A stretch of DNA of 64,000 nt from an uncultured Chloroflexia bacterium (GCA_963795805.1 CAWCIV010000004.1:79052-143051), one strand, 5' to 3'; shown: positions 45,997 to 55,435, counted from the first letter of the stretch. A program made the numbers and translations. Notes: generated by a model from the sequence alone, not told the origin.

Positions 45997-46842
45997 TTGG
46001 TGGTCAGGCTCCGCCGCGATCCCCTTCGCATCGGCGCGTTCGAATTCGACTGGGGCTCGCGCACCTACGTGATGGGCATCGTCAACGTCACGCCCGATTC
46101 CTTCTCGGGAGATGGGGTCACCTCGGTGGAGGCGGCGCTGAAGCGCGCGCTGCAGATGGAGTCCGACGGTGCCGACCTGATCGATGTGGGAGCCGAGTCC
46201 ACACGGCCGGAAACCTGGGCAGGGCCGGGGCTCCCGGAGGCGGAAGAGATCGCACGAGTCCTCCCGGTGATCGAGGCGATCACGCGCGCGGTCCGGCTGC
46301 CGGTCTCGGTCGATACGTACAAGGCGGCGGTGGCACGGCAGGCCATTGCAGCCGGTGCCACGATCGTCAACGACGTCTTCGCCCTGCGCCGCGACCCGGC
46401 GATGGCGGCGGTGGTTGCCGAGGCAGGCGTGCCCGTGATCCTGATGCACAACGGGGTGTCACCGGGAGGCGATCTGGTCAACGAGATCCGCCGCGGGCTC
46501 GAAGACAGCATCGCGCTTGGCACCGGCGCCGGGATCGACCGCGAGCGGATCCTCATCGATCCGGGGATCGGCTTCGGGAAAGACCGCGAGGGAAACCTGG
46601 AGATCGTCCGACGGCTGGCCGAGTTTCGCGCGCTCGACTGTCCCATCCTCGTTGGTCCGTCCCGCAAGTCGTTCATTGGCAAGACCCTCGACCTGCCCGT
46701 CGGCGAACGACTCGAGGGAACGGCGGCCGCGGTCGCGCTCAGCATCGCCGGCGGCGCCGACGTCGTCCGCGTGCACGACGCCCGGGCGATGGTCCGCGTG
46801 GCACGGATGGCCGACGCGATCGTGCGAGGAACGCCCTCATGA
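45997..46842 (+). CDS. folP: Dihydropteroate synthase
   Basis: MGIVNVTPDSFS, DVGAESTRP, SVDTYK, DPGIGFGK and SRKSFIG. Confidence 0.96.
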   Translation: MVVRLRRDPLRIGAFEFDWGSRTYVMGIVNVTPDSFSGDGVTSVEAALKRALQMESDGADLIDVGAESTRPETWAGPGLPEAEEIARVLPVIEAITRAVRLPVSVDTYKAAVARQAIAAGATIVNDVFALRRDPAMAAVVAEAGVPVILMHNGVSPGGDLVNEIRRGLEDSIALGTGAGIDRERILIDPGIGFGKDREGNLEIVRRLAEFRALDCPILVGPSRKSFIGKTLDLPVGERLEGTAAAVALSIAGGADVVRVHDARAMVRVARMADAIVRGTPS

Positions 46843-47237
46843 CGCGGGCCTGGCTCGCCCTGGGGAGCAACCTCGGGGACCGGGCCGCGTACCTGGCGGC
46901 GACACGCAACGGGTTGGCCCGCGAGGGCATCGCCGTGGTCCGCGCCTCGGAGGTGGCCGAGACCGAGCCGGTTGGGATCGTCTCCCAGCCGCGCTTCCTC
47001 AACCAGGTGCTCGAGGTGGAGACGGCCCTCGAACCACGGCCCCTGCTTGACACGATCAAGCGTCTCGAGACGGATCTCGGGCGGCAGCCCCGCCAGCGCT
47101 GGGGTCCGCGGGAGATCGACATCGACATCCTTCGCTACGACGAGCGGTCGGTGGACGAGCCGGGGCTCAAGATCCCGCATCCCGAGCTGCGGAACCGGCC
47201 ATTCCTGCAGACGCTCCTTGCCGAGGTTGACTCCTGA
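46839..47237 (+). CDS. folK: 2-amino-4-hydroxy-6-hydroxymethyldihydropteridine diphosphokinase
   Basis: ATGA overlap with folP. ALGSNLGDR, FLNQV, WGPREIDIDIL and IPHP. It is the C-terminal part of track ORF 45936-47237. Confidence 0.95.
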   Translation: MTRAWLALGSNLGDRAAYLAATRNGLAREGIAVVRASEVAETEPVGIVSQPRFLNQVLEVETALEPRPLLDTIKRLETDLGRQPRQRWGPREIDIDILRYDERSVDEPGLKIPHPELRNRPFLQTLLAEVDS

Positions 47238-48373
47238 CAGGGCCGCCGCTACGCGTTGCCTGGCTGGGACACCAGAGCGGCCGCTCTGGGGACGGTCTGC
47301 TGACCTATTCCCGCGAGACGGTCGCCGGACTTCGGTCGCGTGGGGTCAAGGTGTTCTTCGTGCATCACGGCGATCTCGGAACCGCGACCGACGACACGAT
47401 CGCCTTGAAGTCGCTGACGAGCAGCCATCGCTACATCATCTCGTCGCCACGGACCAAGCGGACCATCACCGAGCTCCTGCGCCGGGAGCGCGTCGACCTG
47501 GTGCATGTGAGCCTGAGCTTCTCCACGCTGATCGACTTCGGTCTTCCCGAGCTCTGTCACGAGCTCGGTCTGCCGGTGGTCGCTACCTTTCATGTCCCGT
47601 ACGACTCACGCTTCTCACTCTGGCAGGGAATCAGTACCGCCCTCTACCGCTTCTACTCGCAGTCACTCGCCAGCTACGACCGGGTCGTGATCTTTTCCGA
47701 GCAACAGAAGACCTTGCTGGTGCATTACGGCGTCCCCGAGGCCAACATCGCGGTGATTCCCAATGGGGTCGACGTGGCCAAGTACACGCCCGGCCCAAGC
47801 GCCTTTGCACAGGGGATGGGCGCGGGGACCCTGATCGGCTACCTCGGGCGCATCGACCCGGAGAAGAATGTCGACACGCTCCTGCGCGCGTTCCAGGACC
47901 TCGATCCGCCGGAGGAGGTCAAGCTGGTGCTGGTTGGCAGCGGAAGTGACCGCCGCCGTCTCACCCGCCGGTTCGCCGGCGAGCGCGTGGTCTTCACCGG
48001 GCAGGTGATCGACGAGGCCGAGCGGATCGGGATGCTGCGCGCCATGGACATCTTTGTCCTGCCATCAACCGTCGAAGGACTCTCACTCTCGTTGCTGGAG
48101 GCCATGGCGTGCGGTGTCGCCCCGGTGGCGACCGACGTCGGGTCCGATGGCGAGGCGATTCGCAACGCCGGCATCGTTCTGGACCCGCGCGACCTGGAGA
48201 GCCAGCTTCGCCTCGCGCTCCGGACGCTGCTGGAATTTCCGGACTTCCGCGCTGAATTGGGGCGGCGGGCGCGCGCCCGCGCGTTAGAGCGCTACAGCCT
48301 CGAGGACAACCTCGAGCGTCTGCTCGCGGTCTACCGCGAGCTGCGACCGGCGGCTGACGTCGCGGTCTCCTGA
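47234..48373 (+). CDS. Glycosyltransferase family 4
   Basis: The in-frame N-terminus (PLRVAWLGHQ..GDGLLTYSRE) begins at CTG 47234, overlapping the folK TGA. Also EGLSLSLLEAMACG. Confidence 0.9.
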   Translation: MTGPPLRVAWLGHQSGRSGDGLLTYSRETVAGLRSRGVKVFFVHHGDLGTATDDTIALKSLTSSHRYIISSPRTKRTITELLRRERVDLVHVSLSFSTLIDFGLPELCHELGLPVVATFHVPYDSRFSLWQGISTALYRFYSQSLASYDRVVIFSEQQKTLLVHYGVPEANIAVIPNGVDVAKYTPGPSAFAQGMGAGTLIGYLGRIDPEKNVDTLLRAFQDLDPPEEVKLVLVGSGSDRRRLTRRFAGERVVFTGQVIDEAERIGMLRAMDIFVLPSTVEGLSLSLLEAMACGVAPVATDVGSDGEAIRNAGIVLDPRDLESQLRLALRTLLEFPDFRAELGRRARARALERYSLEDNLERLLAVYRELRPAADVAVS

Positions 48374-48460
48374 GTCTTGACGGCGTCCCCAGCCTTTGCC
48401 CGTCGGTGACAGGGGAACATCTGATGGGAACTGATTGGCCGCCCCGTTATTCGTGGAGGG

Positions 48461-49090
48461 ATGGGCGAAAGGGTTTGCCGCCGCTGTGGGTTGTCATATC
48501 CGGCGGGCTACGCCGCCTGCCTGCAATGCGGCCGACCCCTGGGCGGGCGTGGCGGATCAGGCGGCGGCGCCGTGTTCGGCAAGCTCCTGCTGATCATCGG
48601 AATCGGGATCAGCATGGCGAGCATCGCGGGGTTGCTCCTGGGCGCCACGACCGGCACGCCCGACCGGATCACGGCGGCCGATGGAAGCTTCTCCGTGAAG
48701 CCACCGGCGGCCTGGCATCGCAGCGATGTCAATTTCAGCACCGGCGTCAAACCGTTGCTGGCGTTGCTGGGTCCGACAGAGGAAAGCCTGCCGGCCCGTT
48801 TCGTCGTGAGCATTCATCCAGGCCCGTACCTGTCAATGGCCGAGATCATGTCCACCTGGCCGAAGAATGGTGGATCGGGTGGTATTCCAGGACCGCCTTC
48901 CAACAGCATGCTCGATGGCGTCCCCGACATCACCGCGGAGGGCTCGGAGGGACCGAATCGGATCGAGTGGGCGATCGTCGATCATGGGGGTCAAACCTAC
49001 GAGGTGATCTTCTTCGCTCCGGAGCGGGAGTTCGACCACCTGCGCTCCGACGGCTTCGACCCCATCATCGCCTCCTGGCACTGGAACTAA
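48461..49090 (+). CDS. Zinc-ribbon + TM + PsbP-like domain protein (paralog 1)
   Basis: CRRC...CLQC, one TM, DGSFSVKPP, and C-terminal GFDPIIASWHWN. Confidence 0.7.
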   Translation: MGERVCRRCGLSYPAGYAACLQCGRPLGGRGGSGGGAVFGKLLLIIGIGISMASIAGLLLGATTGTPDRITAADGSFSVKPPAAWHRSDVNFSTGVKPLLALLGPTEESLPARFVVSIHPGPYLSMAEIMSTWPKNGGSGGIPGPPSNSMLDGVPDITAEGSEGPNRIEWAIVDHGGQTYEVIFFAPEREFDHLRSDGFDPIIASWHWN

Positions 49091-49145
49091 CGGCGCGGCC
49101 GGTGACGGGAATCGATCGACAGTCACGTTAATCGCCTCAGCAGCC

Positions 49146-49895
49146 ATGGGCGATAAGGTGTGCCGGAATTGCTGGAGCTGGTACCCGGCCACCCATCTGG
49201 TCTGCCCAAAGTGCCGGATCCGCCTGACCGCGGCCGAGGCGAACCCTCCTCCAGCCATCGAAGCGGTCCCATCCGCGCCCACCCAGGAACCCGCGGCCAG
49301 TGCGTCTGGGCCAACCGTTCCGATACCGGCCGAGGCGGCTCCGGCGGAGTCGGGGCTGCTCAGCAGCCTGAGCAGCAAGGTCACGGTGGCCGCCGGCGCC
49401 GTTGTTCTTGTTGCCATCTTCGTTCTGTTGCTCGGGGCCCGATACTTCAGTCCGGTCTCCGCCACGGACGGAAGCTTTTCCGTCAAGGCGCCGTCCGGCT
49501 GGACCGCGACCAGCGATTTCAAGTTTTCCTCGGGTGAGAAACCCCTGCTCGCGCTCGTCGGTCCCATTCAGGATGGCCTCCAGGCGCATTTTCTTGTCGC
49601 CCAGTACCCGGGTGGCTATATCCCTATGAGCGAGATCGAAGCAGCCTGGCCGAGGCTAGTCGAAACCCAGGGAGCCGGACAGAACGGGGCGCCGGGGCCG
49701 CTATCGAAGGCAACGCTCGATGGCGCACCGGCCATCACCTCCGACTCCTCAATCGCAAAGGCTCGCATCGAATTTGTCGTGGTGGACCACGCCAACAAGA
49801 CCTACTTCGTGTGGTTCACCGGGGCCGCCAGCACGTTCGCCGACCTGCGTAGCAGCGGTTTCGACCGGATCGTTGCGTCCTGGCACTGGAACTGA
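49146..49895 (+). CDS. Zinc-ribbon + TM + PsbP-like domain protein (paralog 2)
   Basis: CRNC...CPKC, one TM, DGSFSVKAP, and C-terminal GFDRIVASWHWN. Confidence 0.7.
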   Translation: MGDKVCRNCWSWYPATHLVCPKCRIRLTAAEANPPPAIEAVPSAPTQEPAASASGPTVPIPAEAAPAESGLLSSLSSKVTVAAGAVVLVAIFVLLLGARYFSPVSATDGSFSVKAPSGWTATSDFKFSSGEKPLLALVGPIQDGLQAHFLVAQYPGGYIPMSEIEAAWPRLVETQGAGQNGAPGPLSKATLDGAPAITSDSSIAKARIEFVVVDHANKTYFVWFTGAASTFADLRSSGFDRIVASWHWN

Positions 49896-49913
49896 CGGCG
49901 AGCCCGATCTGGA

Positions 49914-50624
49914 CTAGGCGACTCTCCCGGCGCTGGTGAAGCGGTAGCCGATGCCGGGCACCGCCAGGATGAAAAAGGGATGCGAGGGATCCTGCTCGAT
50001 CTTCCGGCGCAGGTTGCGGATGTGGACGTCGATGACCCGGGTTTCGATTGGATACTCGTAGCCCCAGACATGGTTGAGAATTTTTTCGCGGGAGAGCACC
50101 TTGCCGGCGTTGGCGGCGAGAAACGCGAGCAGATCGAACTCGGTGTGCGTGAGCATGACCTCGGCCGACTCGTGGAAGACGCGGCGCTCATTGAGATCGA
50201 TGACCAGCTCCTTGAACTCCAGCCGTCCCTGGTTGACAGCCTCCTCTTCCTGTCGCGCCTTTCGCAGGTGGGCCGCGATCCGCGCGAGGAGCTCGCGCGT
50301 GCGGAACGGCTTGGTGATGTAATCGTCGGCGCCGATCTCGAGACCGACCACGACGTCGATCTCTTCCGTCTTGGCACTGAGAATGATGATGGGCACGCGC
50401 AAGCCCGCTTTGCGGATGTCGCGGCATACGTCGAAGCCCGAGACGTCCGGCAGCATGACGTCGAGCAGGATCAGGTCCGGCTTGCTCACCTCGAGCCGGC
50501 GCATCGCCTCGCCACCAGTCTCGGCTTCGACGACCTCGTACCCCTCTTTCTCCAGGGCAAGGTGGATCGCCTTGCGGATCATGGCCTCGTCGTCGACGAT
50601 CAGAATCTTCTTGGCTGGCGGCAT
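49914..50624 (-). CDS. OmpR/PhoB-family response regulator (WalR-like)
   Basis: ILIVDDE, LLDVMLP, GADDYITKPF and VIDVHIRNLRRKIE. Confidence 0.95.
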   Translation of the reverse strand: MPPAKKILIVDDEAMIRKAIHLALEKEGYEVVEAETGGEAMRRLEVSKPDLILLDVMLPDVSGFDVCRDIRKAGLRVPIIILSAKTEEIDVVVGLEIGADDYITKPFRTRELLARIAAHLRKARQEEEAVNQGRLEFKELVIDLNERRVFHESAEVMLTHTEFDLLAFLAANAGKVLSREKILNHVWGYEYPIETRVIDVHIRNLRRKIEQDPSHPFFILAVPGIGYRFTSAGRVA

Positions 50625-51766
50625 CAGCGGGCTCCGGCGGCGACACGCGTGACCGGCACAATCCGGCGGCGTTGCCGGGCGGCGCCCGCCGGGCTCGTTT
50701 CAGCACGCGGGACCGTCACGATGAACACGCTGCCCTTCCCATGCTCGCTGCGGACCTGGACCTGGCCGCCGAGCATCGTCACAAGGTTGCGCACGATGTA
50801 CAGCCCAAGGCCGGTTCCGGACACCCGCCGCACCGCCGGGTCATCGGCGCGGTAGAACTTCTCGAAGAGGCGCGCCAGATGTTCCTCGCGGATTCCGACT
50901 CCCTGGTCTCTAACCTCGAACCTCACAACCGCCTGGTCGCCACGAACGCTGAGTTTGATCCGGGTTCCGGGCTCGGAATATTTTATGGCATTGCTGACGA
51001 GGTTGACGAGAATCTGGTGAAGCTTGCGCGCCTCACCGAAAACCGGCGGGATATCCTCGGGCACGCGGCAGGTCAGGCTGCGTCCCTTGAGCATGGGCCG
51101 CAACTCCTCGCAGACGTGCTTGACAACCGGCGCGACGTCGACGCGCGAAAAGTCGACCGACACGCGGCCCGAATCGATCCGGCTGACCGCGAGGATGTCC
51201 CCGATCAGCCGGTCCATCCGGTCCGCCTGGCCATGCAGATCCGTGAGAAGCTCACGCCGCTGCGCCTCGGTCAGCTCGAAGTCGAGCAGCAGCTCGCTCA
51301 GGCCCTTGAGCGTCGTGAGCGGCGTCTTGAGCTCGTGCGAGGCGGCCAGCATCAAGGCATCCCTGGCCTCGATCGTTTCCAGCTCGGGCGTCACATCATG
51401 GATGGCGATCACGGCTCCGTCCGGCGTCTTGCCTCGCGAGCGGAGCGCCGAGACCGAGTAGGAGACGCGGACCGGGTCGTCGCTGGTCCGCAGCCGGAAC
51501 AGATAGGCGAAATGCGTGTTGACCGACGCGCCCAGTCGCAGGGTGCGCCTAAGGGCGCCGTTTGGCGCACACAGGTTGACACCGGTTTCGGTCCGGATTT
51601 CCAGGATGTCAGCCGCCGGGCGACCGACCGCGTCGCCGCGGAGCCACCCGGTCAACCGCTCCGCGACGGCGTTCATCGATTGCACCGTCGCCTCGCGGTC
51701 GACGACGATCAGTGCCTGGGGGAACTGCTCAAACGCCTGGTCGGAAAGCGTCCGTTCCCGCGCCAT
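50624..51766 (-). CDS. Cytoplasmic PAS-domain sensor histidine kinase
   Basis: N-terminal PAS, ASHELKTPL, NLVSNAIKYS and GTGLGL. No TM seen. Confidence 0.93.
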   Translation of the reverse strand: MARERTLSDQAFEQFPQALIVVDREATVQSMNAVAERLTGWLRGDAVGRPAADILEIRTETGVNLCAPNGALRRTLRLGASVNTHFAYLFRLRTSDDPVRVSYSVSALRSRGKTPDGAVIAIHDVTPELETIEARDALMLAASHELKTPLTTLKGLSELLLDFELTEAQRRELLTDLHGQADRMDRLIGDILAVSRIDSGRVSVDFSRVDVAPVVKHVCEELRPMLKGRSLTCRVPEDIPPVFGEARKLHQILVNLVSNAIKYSEPGTRIKLSVRGDQAVVRFEVRDQGVGIREEHLARLFEKFYRADDPAVRRVSGTGLGLYIVRNLVTMLGGQVQVRSEHGKGSVFIVTVPRAETSPAGAARQRRRIVPVTRVAAGAR

Positions 51767-52792
51767 TCAGCGCAGTATAGGCGGGCGTATGCGCGCCTTC
51801 ACCTGCTGCAGGCGGCGCTCGAGACGATAGGACGCGGGCCGTAGGACCCGCTCGTAGAGGCCCACGTAACGGACGGTTTCGCCGCCGAAGCCGGTCTTGA
51901 ACCGGTAGAGGCCGAACCACGGATGGTCCGGGGCCGGCTCCTCCGGGATGCCCCACCAGTCGTACGTGTCGCAACCGAGCGCCCGGAAATCGAGCATCGC
52001 CTGCCAGTGCAGGAGGTAATTGGGCATCAGCTCCCGCTTCAGGTCGGTCGAGCCCCCAAAGAGGTAGTACGCGGTCTTGCCGAAGCGGAAGACCATGATG
52101 CCGCCGAGGGCGTCGCCCTCGTGAAAGGCGAGGTAGATTCGGATCTCATCGCGCGGCTCGAACAGGTCGAGGCACGCCTGGTAATACGCAACACCGGGGA
52201 GATGAATCCCCTGTCGTTTGGCCGTGTCGCTGGCCAGCCGGGCGAAGGTCGTCACGTCGCGCGACGCCTGGACCGTCACCCCCTTCCGCTCTGCGAGGGA
52301 CAGGTTGTAGCGCGTCTTGGGTTTGAAGCCGGCGCGCAGCGCCTCCGGCGTCCCACCGATCGGGAGGAGCCGGGTGGCTTCAGGCTGAACCGGCCGGCCG
52401 TTGGTGAAGCCGCGGCCCTCGAAGAACGCCGGCCATTCATCGCCCACCCGGGCATTGGGCTCGACCCGGAGCGCCAGACCGCGGCCGCTGCGCGCGCGCC
52501 GCTCGAGCTCATCGAGGGCCGTCAGCCGCTCCGCTTCGATGACGGCCGGCCCGCGCGGGACATAATAGACGGCCCCGCCGGGTAGCAGGCTCGGGTTTCG
52601 CTGCAGCGAGCACACCCCGGCGCGACCGTGGTGGAAGGCGAGGCGCTCGATGCTCCAGCCGAACCGTGACTGCAGCACGCCCCAGGTCCAACTCTGCAGC
52701 AGGTTGCCTTCGGGCTGCGCGAGCAGGAGCCGATCCCATTCCTGCGCCCCGATGGCGTCGCCGTCGGTGACGACGAGCGAGGGATCAGACAA
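51767..52792 (-). CDS. FemABX-family peptidyltransferase (lipid II aminoacyltransferase-like)
   Basis: LLQSWTWG, YYVPRGP, FKPKTRYNL, YDWWG and GLYRFKTGFGG. Confidence 0.88.
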   Translation of the reverse strand: MSDPSLVVTDGDAIGAQEWDRLLLAQPEGNLLQSWTWGVLQSRFGWSIERLAFHHGRAGVCSLQRNPSLLPGGAVYYVPRGPAVIEAERLTALDELERRARSGRGLALRVEPNARVGDEWPAFFEGRGFTNGRPVQPEATRLLPIGGTPEALRAGFKPKTRYNLSLAERKGVTVQASRDVTTFARLASDTAKRQGIHLPGVAYYQACLDLFEPRDEIRIYLAFHEGDALGGIMVFRFGKTAYYLFGGSTDLKRELMPNYLLHWQAMLDFRALGCDTYDWWGIPEEPAPDHPWFGLYRFKTGFGGETVRYVGLYERVLRPASYRLERRLQQVKARIRPPILR

Positions 52793-53804
52793 ACTCTGGC
52801 TGGCCGGCTCGCGCGAATCGTTCCGCCAGCCTGAGCGTCATGGCCGCCGCTCGGTTGACGGGAAGGTCGTAGATGCCCAGGTAGCGAACGAACTCACCGT
52901 TGAAACGCGACTTGAACACGTAGTAGCCGTAGCCGGGGTGCCCGGGCTGCGGATCGACCGGCACGCCCCACATGTCGTAGGTGGTGCAGCCGCGCTGCTG
53001 GGCGTCCTGGATGGCGCGCCAGTGCAGCACGTACCCGGTCTTGAGATCCTTGCCTTCGCTGCTGGTGCCGCCAAACAGGTAGATAAGCCGATGCCCGAAG
53101 AAGAGCATCACCGCCCCCGCGAGGAGGTGCTCGTCGTGGCGCGCCAGGTAGACGGCCACCTGTCCGCGCTCCCGAAAGAGCGCAAGCAGATCCTGGTAAT
53201 AGCCGCGCGACCGGATCTTGAAGCCCTCGCGGCTGGCGGTCTCCTGGAGGAGGCCGTAAAAGTGATCCATCGCGGCGCTCGCTTCGGACGCCTCGACCCG
53301 AATGCCCGCCCGCTCCCCGGCCCGAATGTTTCGCCGGGTGGATTCCTTCAACCGCTTCAGGGCGTCGTCGCCGCCGCTGATGTCGACGCGCATGGTGGCC
53401 TGGTGCTGGATCGCATGCCGCCCGGGTCGTGCACCGGCCGCCTCGAGCGCCGCGCGCTGCGCATCCAGGGTCCACTCCGGGTCGACCTTGAGAACGGTGC
53501 CGCCGTCGGCCGCCAACCGCTCGCGAAGCGCTTGCCAGAATCCGGGCCACTCCTCGAGCCGGTTGTCGAGTACGGGGCCGCGGGGCGCGTAGTCGAGGGC
53601 GAGGCCGCCTGGCAAGCCTCGACGCAAAACCGAGATCGCGGCCAGTGGCCGGTCACCGTCCGCCCAGAAATAGCGCGTGACCCGCCATCCGTAACGGGCT
53701 TTCAGACTTCCCCAGGCCCAGGCCTGCAGCAGGGAGCCGTCCCGCGCCTGGGAGACGAAGCCGTCCCACGCCGAGGGGTCGGCGCAGGTTCTCAGTTCCG
53801 GCAC
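52785..53804 (-). CDS. FemABX-family peptidyltransferase
   Basis: LLQAWAWG, YAPRGP, STRRNIR, YDMWG and YYVFKSRFNG. Confidence 0.88.
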   Translation of the reverse strand: MPELRTCADPSAWDGFVSQARDGSLLQAWAWGSLKARYGWRVTRYFWADGDRPLAAISVLRRGLPGGLALDYAPRGPVLDNRLEEWPGFWQALRERLAADGGTVLKVDPEWTLDAQRAALEAAGARPGRHAIQHQATMRVDISGGDDALKRLKESTRRNIRAGERAGIRVEASEASAAMDHFYGLLQETASREGFKIRSRGYYQDLLALFRERGQVAVYLARHDEHLLAGAVMLFFGHRLIYLFGGTSSEGKDLKTGYVLHWRAIQDAQQRGCTTYDMWGVPVDPQPGHPGYGYYVFKSRFNGEFVRYLGIYDLPVNRAAAMTLRLAERFARAGQPEFV

Positions 53805-53917
53805 TCGGTAGAGCTTACCCGGGATGGCCCACGCCAGCGCCCCGTTCTTAGCTTCGGAATCCTATTTGGCCTGTGCTAGCATGGGGAAATCTCGGGGCAG
53901 TGGAGGCTTTTGGACAG

Positions 53918-55435
53918 GTGAGTTCCACAGAGCAGGCGCCGAGGCTTCTGGACTACAAGGGCACGCTTAGCGAAACCCCACTCTTATCACTCTTACAGTC
54001 CATGCAAGCCCAGCGCGCGACAGGTACACTTCAAGTCCGTCACGGTGGAGAGGCGTTTTCGCTGTTCTTCCTGTTCGGACACCTCTTTCACGCCTTCGGA
54101 GATGGTAGCCAGGGCGAGGATGCCGTCTTTGCCCCGCTGGGCTGGCAGCAGGGCGACTACTCCTTCGATCCCAAGTCCAAGTTGCCGACCGAAGAAACCA
54201 TCACCGCTCCCACCGCCGACATCCTCGCCGAGGCAAAGCGGCGTGGCGTTCCCGGGAGCCAGAACGGCGGACAGCCGGCGCCCGGCCGGGCTGCGACGGC
54301 TCCACCACCGGCGGCCCCAGCCGCAACCCCGGTTCCCGCGGCGACGGCGCCTCCCGCGCCAGCATCGGAGCGCCAGGTCGTGAGTAGCAGCCAGCCCGTG
54401 GCCCCCCATGAGCCGGCGCAGGACGGACCGCCGACCACCGAGCTCTACCCCCTGCCGGTTGGCAAGCTCGTCTACGAGTCACTCAAGACGGCGTTCGTCG
54501 ACTTCCCCAAATTGCTGCGCTCGCTGAGCGCGGACCGCCTGACCGGTTACCTCCGGCTGACCGGCTCGGCCTCGCGCGGCATGATCCTCTTCTACCAGGG
54601 CAGCCTGATCGAAAGCTTCTACGACGGCGGCGCCGTCGTGACAACCGGCCGCAACGCCTTCTCCCTGTTCAAGAACGACGTCGATCGCGGCGAGGGCAGC
54701 ATGGACGTGATCGAGCTGACCGCCGAGGTCGTTACGGCCATTTACCAGTTGCTCACCGCCCCCACCATTCTCCAGGGACTGCTGGCCCGCTTCGTCGATG
54801 TGCGGGCGCTGCTGCAGTACCTCCAGGAGGAGCAACTGCACGGCAGCCTGCTGGTACGCGCCCCCGAGGAGATGGGGATCGTCCTCCTCCGCGGCGGGCA
54901 CTTGCTCGGTGCCTTCACCCGCGGTCAACCGCAGCTCGTCCAGGATCCGGAGATCGTCACCCGGCTCTGCGCCGACCCCAAAACGCGGATCGAGGTCAAG
55001 GCGGTCGCCGACCTCGAGGAGCCGGAATCGGTCAGCCTGGAAGAGATGCTGGCGATGGCACCCTCGATCCCGGCAACCGTTTACCGGCCGAACCCGGCGC
55101 CCGTCCAGGGCGCAGCGGTCCAGGCGCCGACGGCGCCGCGCGCGGCCGCCTCTGCCCCCGCCTACCAAACGCCGGTCGCCGAGCCCGCGCGCGGGGGCGC
55201 GGAGCCGGAGATCGACTGGCAATCGCTCATGAACGAGCTCAATTCCATGGCCGACAACGCGCTACAGAACCGCTCCAAGAAGGTCAAAGAGATGCTGGCC
55301 TCGACCGAGCACAGTCTCGATGCGCTCGATCGGACCCTCGACCGCATCTCCCAGACGTCGATCATGTTCGTCGACCCGGCACGCCTTACCAACCTCGCCA
55401 ACGAGATGCGTCAGGTCGTCGAAGAACAGCGCTAG
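53918..55435 (+). CDS. Multi-DUF4388 (PATAN-like) domain protein
   Basis: GTLSETPLLSLLQ..TGTLQV, plus two further copies (FVDFPKLL..TGYLRL; FVDVRALL..HGSLLV), with Pro/Ala linkers. Confidence 0.75.
   Translation: MSSTEQAPRLLDYKGTLSETPLLSLLQSMQAQRATGTLQVRHGGEAFSLFFLFGHLFHAFGDGSQGEDAVFAPLGWQQGDYSFDPKSKLPTEETITAPTADILAEAKRRGVPGSQNGGQPAPGRAATAPPPAAPAATPVPAATAPPAPASERQVVSSSQPVAPHEPAQDGPPTTELYPLPVGKLVYESLKTAFVDFPKLLRSLSADRLTGYLRLTGSASRGMILFYQGSLIESFYDGGAVVTTGRNAFSLFKNDVDRGEGSMDVIELTAEVVTAIYQLLTAPTILQGLLARFVDVRALLQYLQEEQLHGSLLVRAPEEMGIVLLRGGHLLGAFTRGQPQLVQDPEIVTRLCADPKTRIEVKAVADLEEPESVSLEEMLAMAPSIPATVYRPNPAPVQGAAVQAPTAPRAAASAPAYQTPVAEPARGGAEPEIDWQSLMNELNSMADNALQNRSKKVKEMLASTEHSLDALDRTLDRISQTSIMFVDPARLTNLANEMRQVVEEQR

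Noticed and set aside
45936-46838. 5' part of the 433-aa ORF 45936-47237
   Set aside because: It is an off-frame overlap of folP. Only the part from ATG 46839 is FolK.
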